Shown: piece after piece, positions 63,511-64,000 of the stretch
How positions within the stretch are numbered: position 1 is the first letter of the stretch
Layout: the number at the start of each line of letters is the position of its first letter
DNA from: Octopus bimaculoides
Lineage: Eukaryota
Direction: 5' to 3'
NCBI RefSeq assembly: GCF_001194135.2
Contig: NC_068985.1
Span: 122,094,759 to 122,158,758 of the forward strand
DNA: 64,000 bases
The notes under the pieces: model-generated
Told to the model about the DNA's origin: nothing
Databases searched by the model: none
What the model saw: only the letters and a program-made list of their open reading frames with translations
Program-made: the position numbers and the translations under genes

Positions 63511-64000
63511 ATGATATATGTATATACATATACATACACATTCATGTACATAAATATATACGTGTGCTTACATACACAAATATACATACAAACACATAAA
63601 TCTATTCATTGGCACTCCTACTATTGCTCATGTTGAGATGAGAGTAATAGTAAGCATAGAGGCAGTAAGGGGAGTGGTGAAGACAGAGAGAGAGAGAAAG
63701 AGAGACAAAGAAATTTAGGGAGAGTTGATGATGTTTGTCTTGGTAGTAGTGGGAGTAATAATAAGAGAGAGACAAAGAGTGGGTATGTGAGAGAAAGAGG
63801 GACTGCCCACTGAACTAACATGCTGAAGTAACATACTGAACGAACTCACACATTTAGCCATTTTGTGATAGTAATAGTATGAGCTATAGTTGTGATAGAA
63901 GTGGAGGTGACGGTGATGTTGGTGGTGTAGCCAAGGCGATGAGGGATGAAGTGAGAGTAAGCAATGTGAAAGACAGTGGTGATGGTGATGGAGGGGAAGG

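Overview
AT-rich eukaryotic genomic DNA with seven N-gaps. The repeat families (tRNA-derived SINEs with (TA)n/(CA)n cores, RTE LINE tails ending (GAT)n) suggest an octopus or other cephalopod; this is an inference, with no search run. I reconstructed four spliced protein genes by hand from GT-AG boundaries and phase continuity: (1) the 3' part of a SUN-domain nuclear-envelope gene (+, 1814-9331, 8 exons, 5' end outside the window); (2) a complete DMC1 meiotic recombinase (-, 33185-11851, 13 coding exons, 341 aa); (3) a complete SNU13/NHP2L1 15.5K gene (+, 43159-55329, 5 exons, 127 aa); (4) the first coding exon of a probable coilin (+, 59920-60149). A tRNA-Asn(GTT) lies head-to-head about 200 bp upstream of coilin. 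Introns and intergenic DNA carry RTE and Tx1-like LINE remnants, SINEs, a Tc1 copy nested in a SINE, a decayed Merlin/IS1595-type transposase, two MITEs with 8-bp TSDs and internal telomere-like repeats, a piggyBac-type MITE and a solo LTR inside DMC1. I found no prokaryotic-type system or CRISPR array. The best leads are the SUN-DMC1-SNU13-coilin neighbourhood, a candidate DMC1 promoter, the sense-oriented solo LTR with a splice donor inside DMC1, and the Merlin/MITE family.
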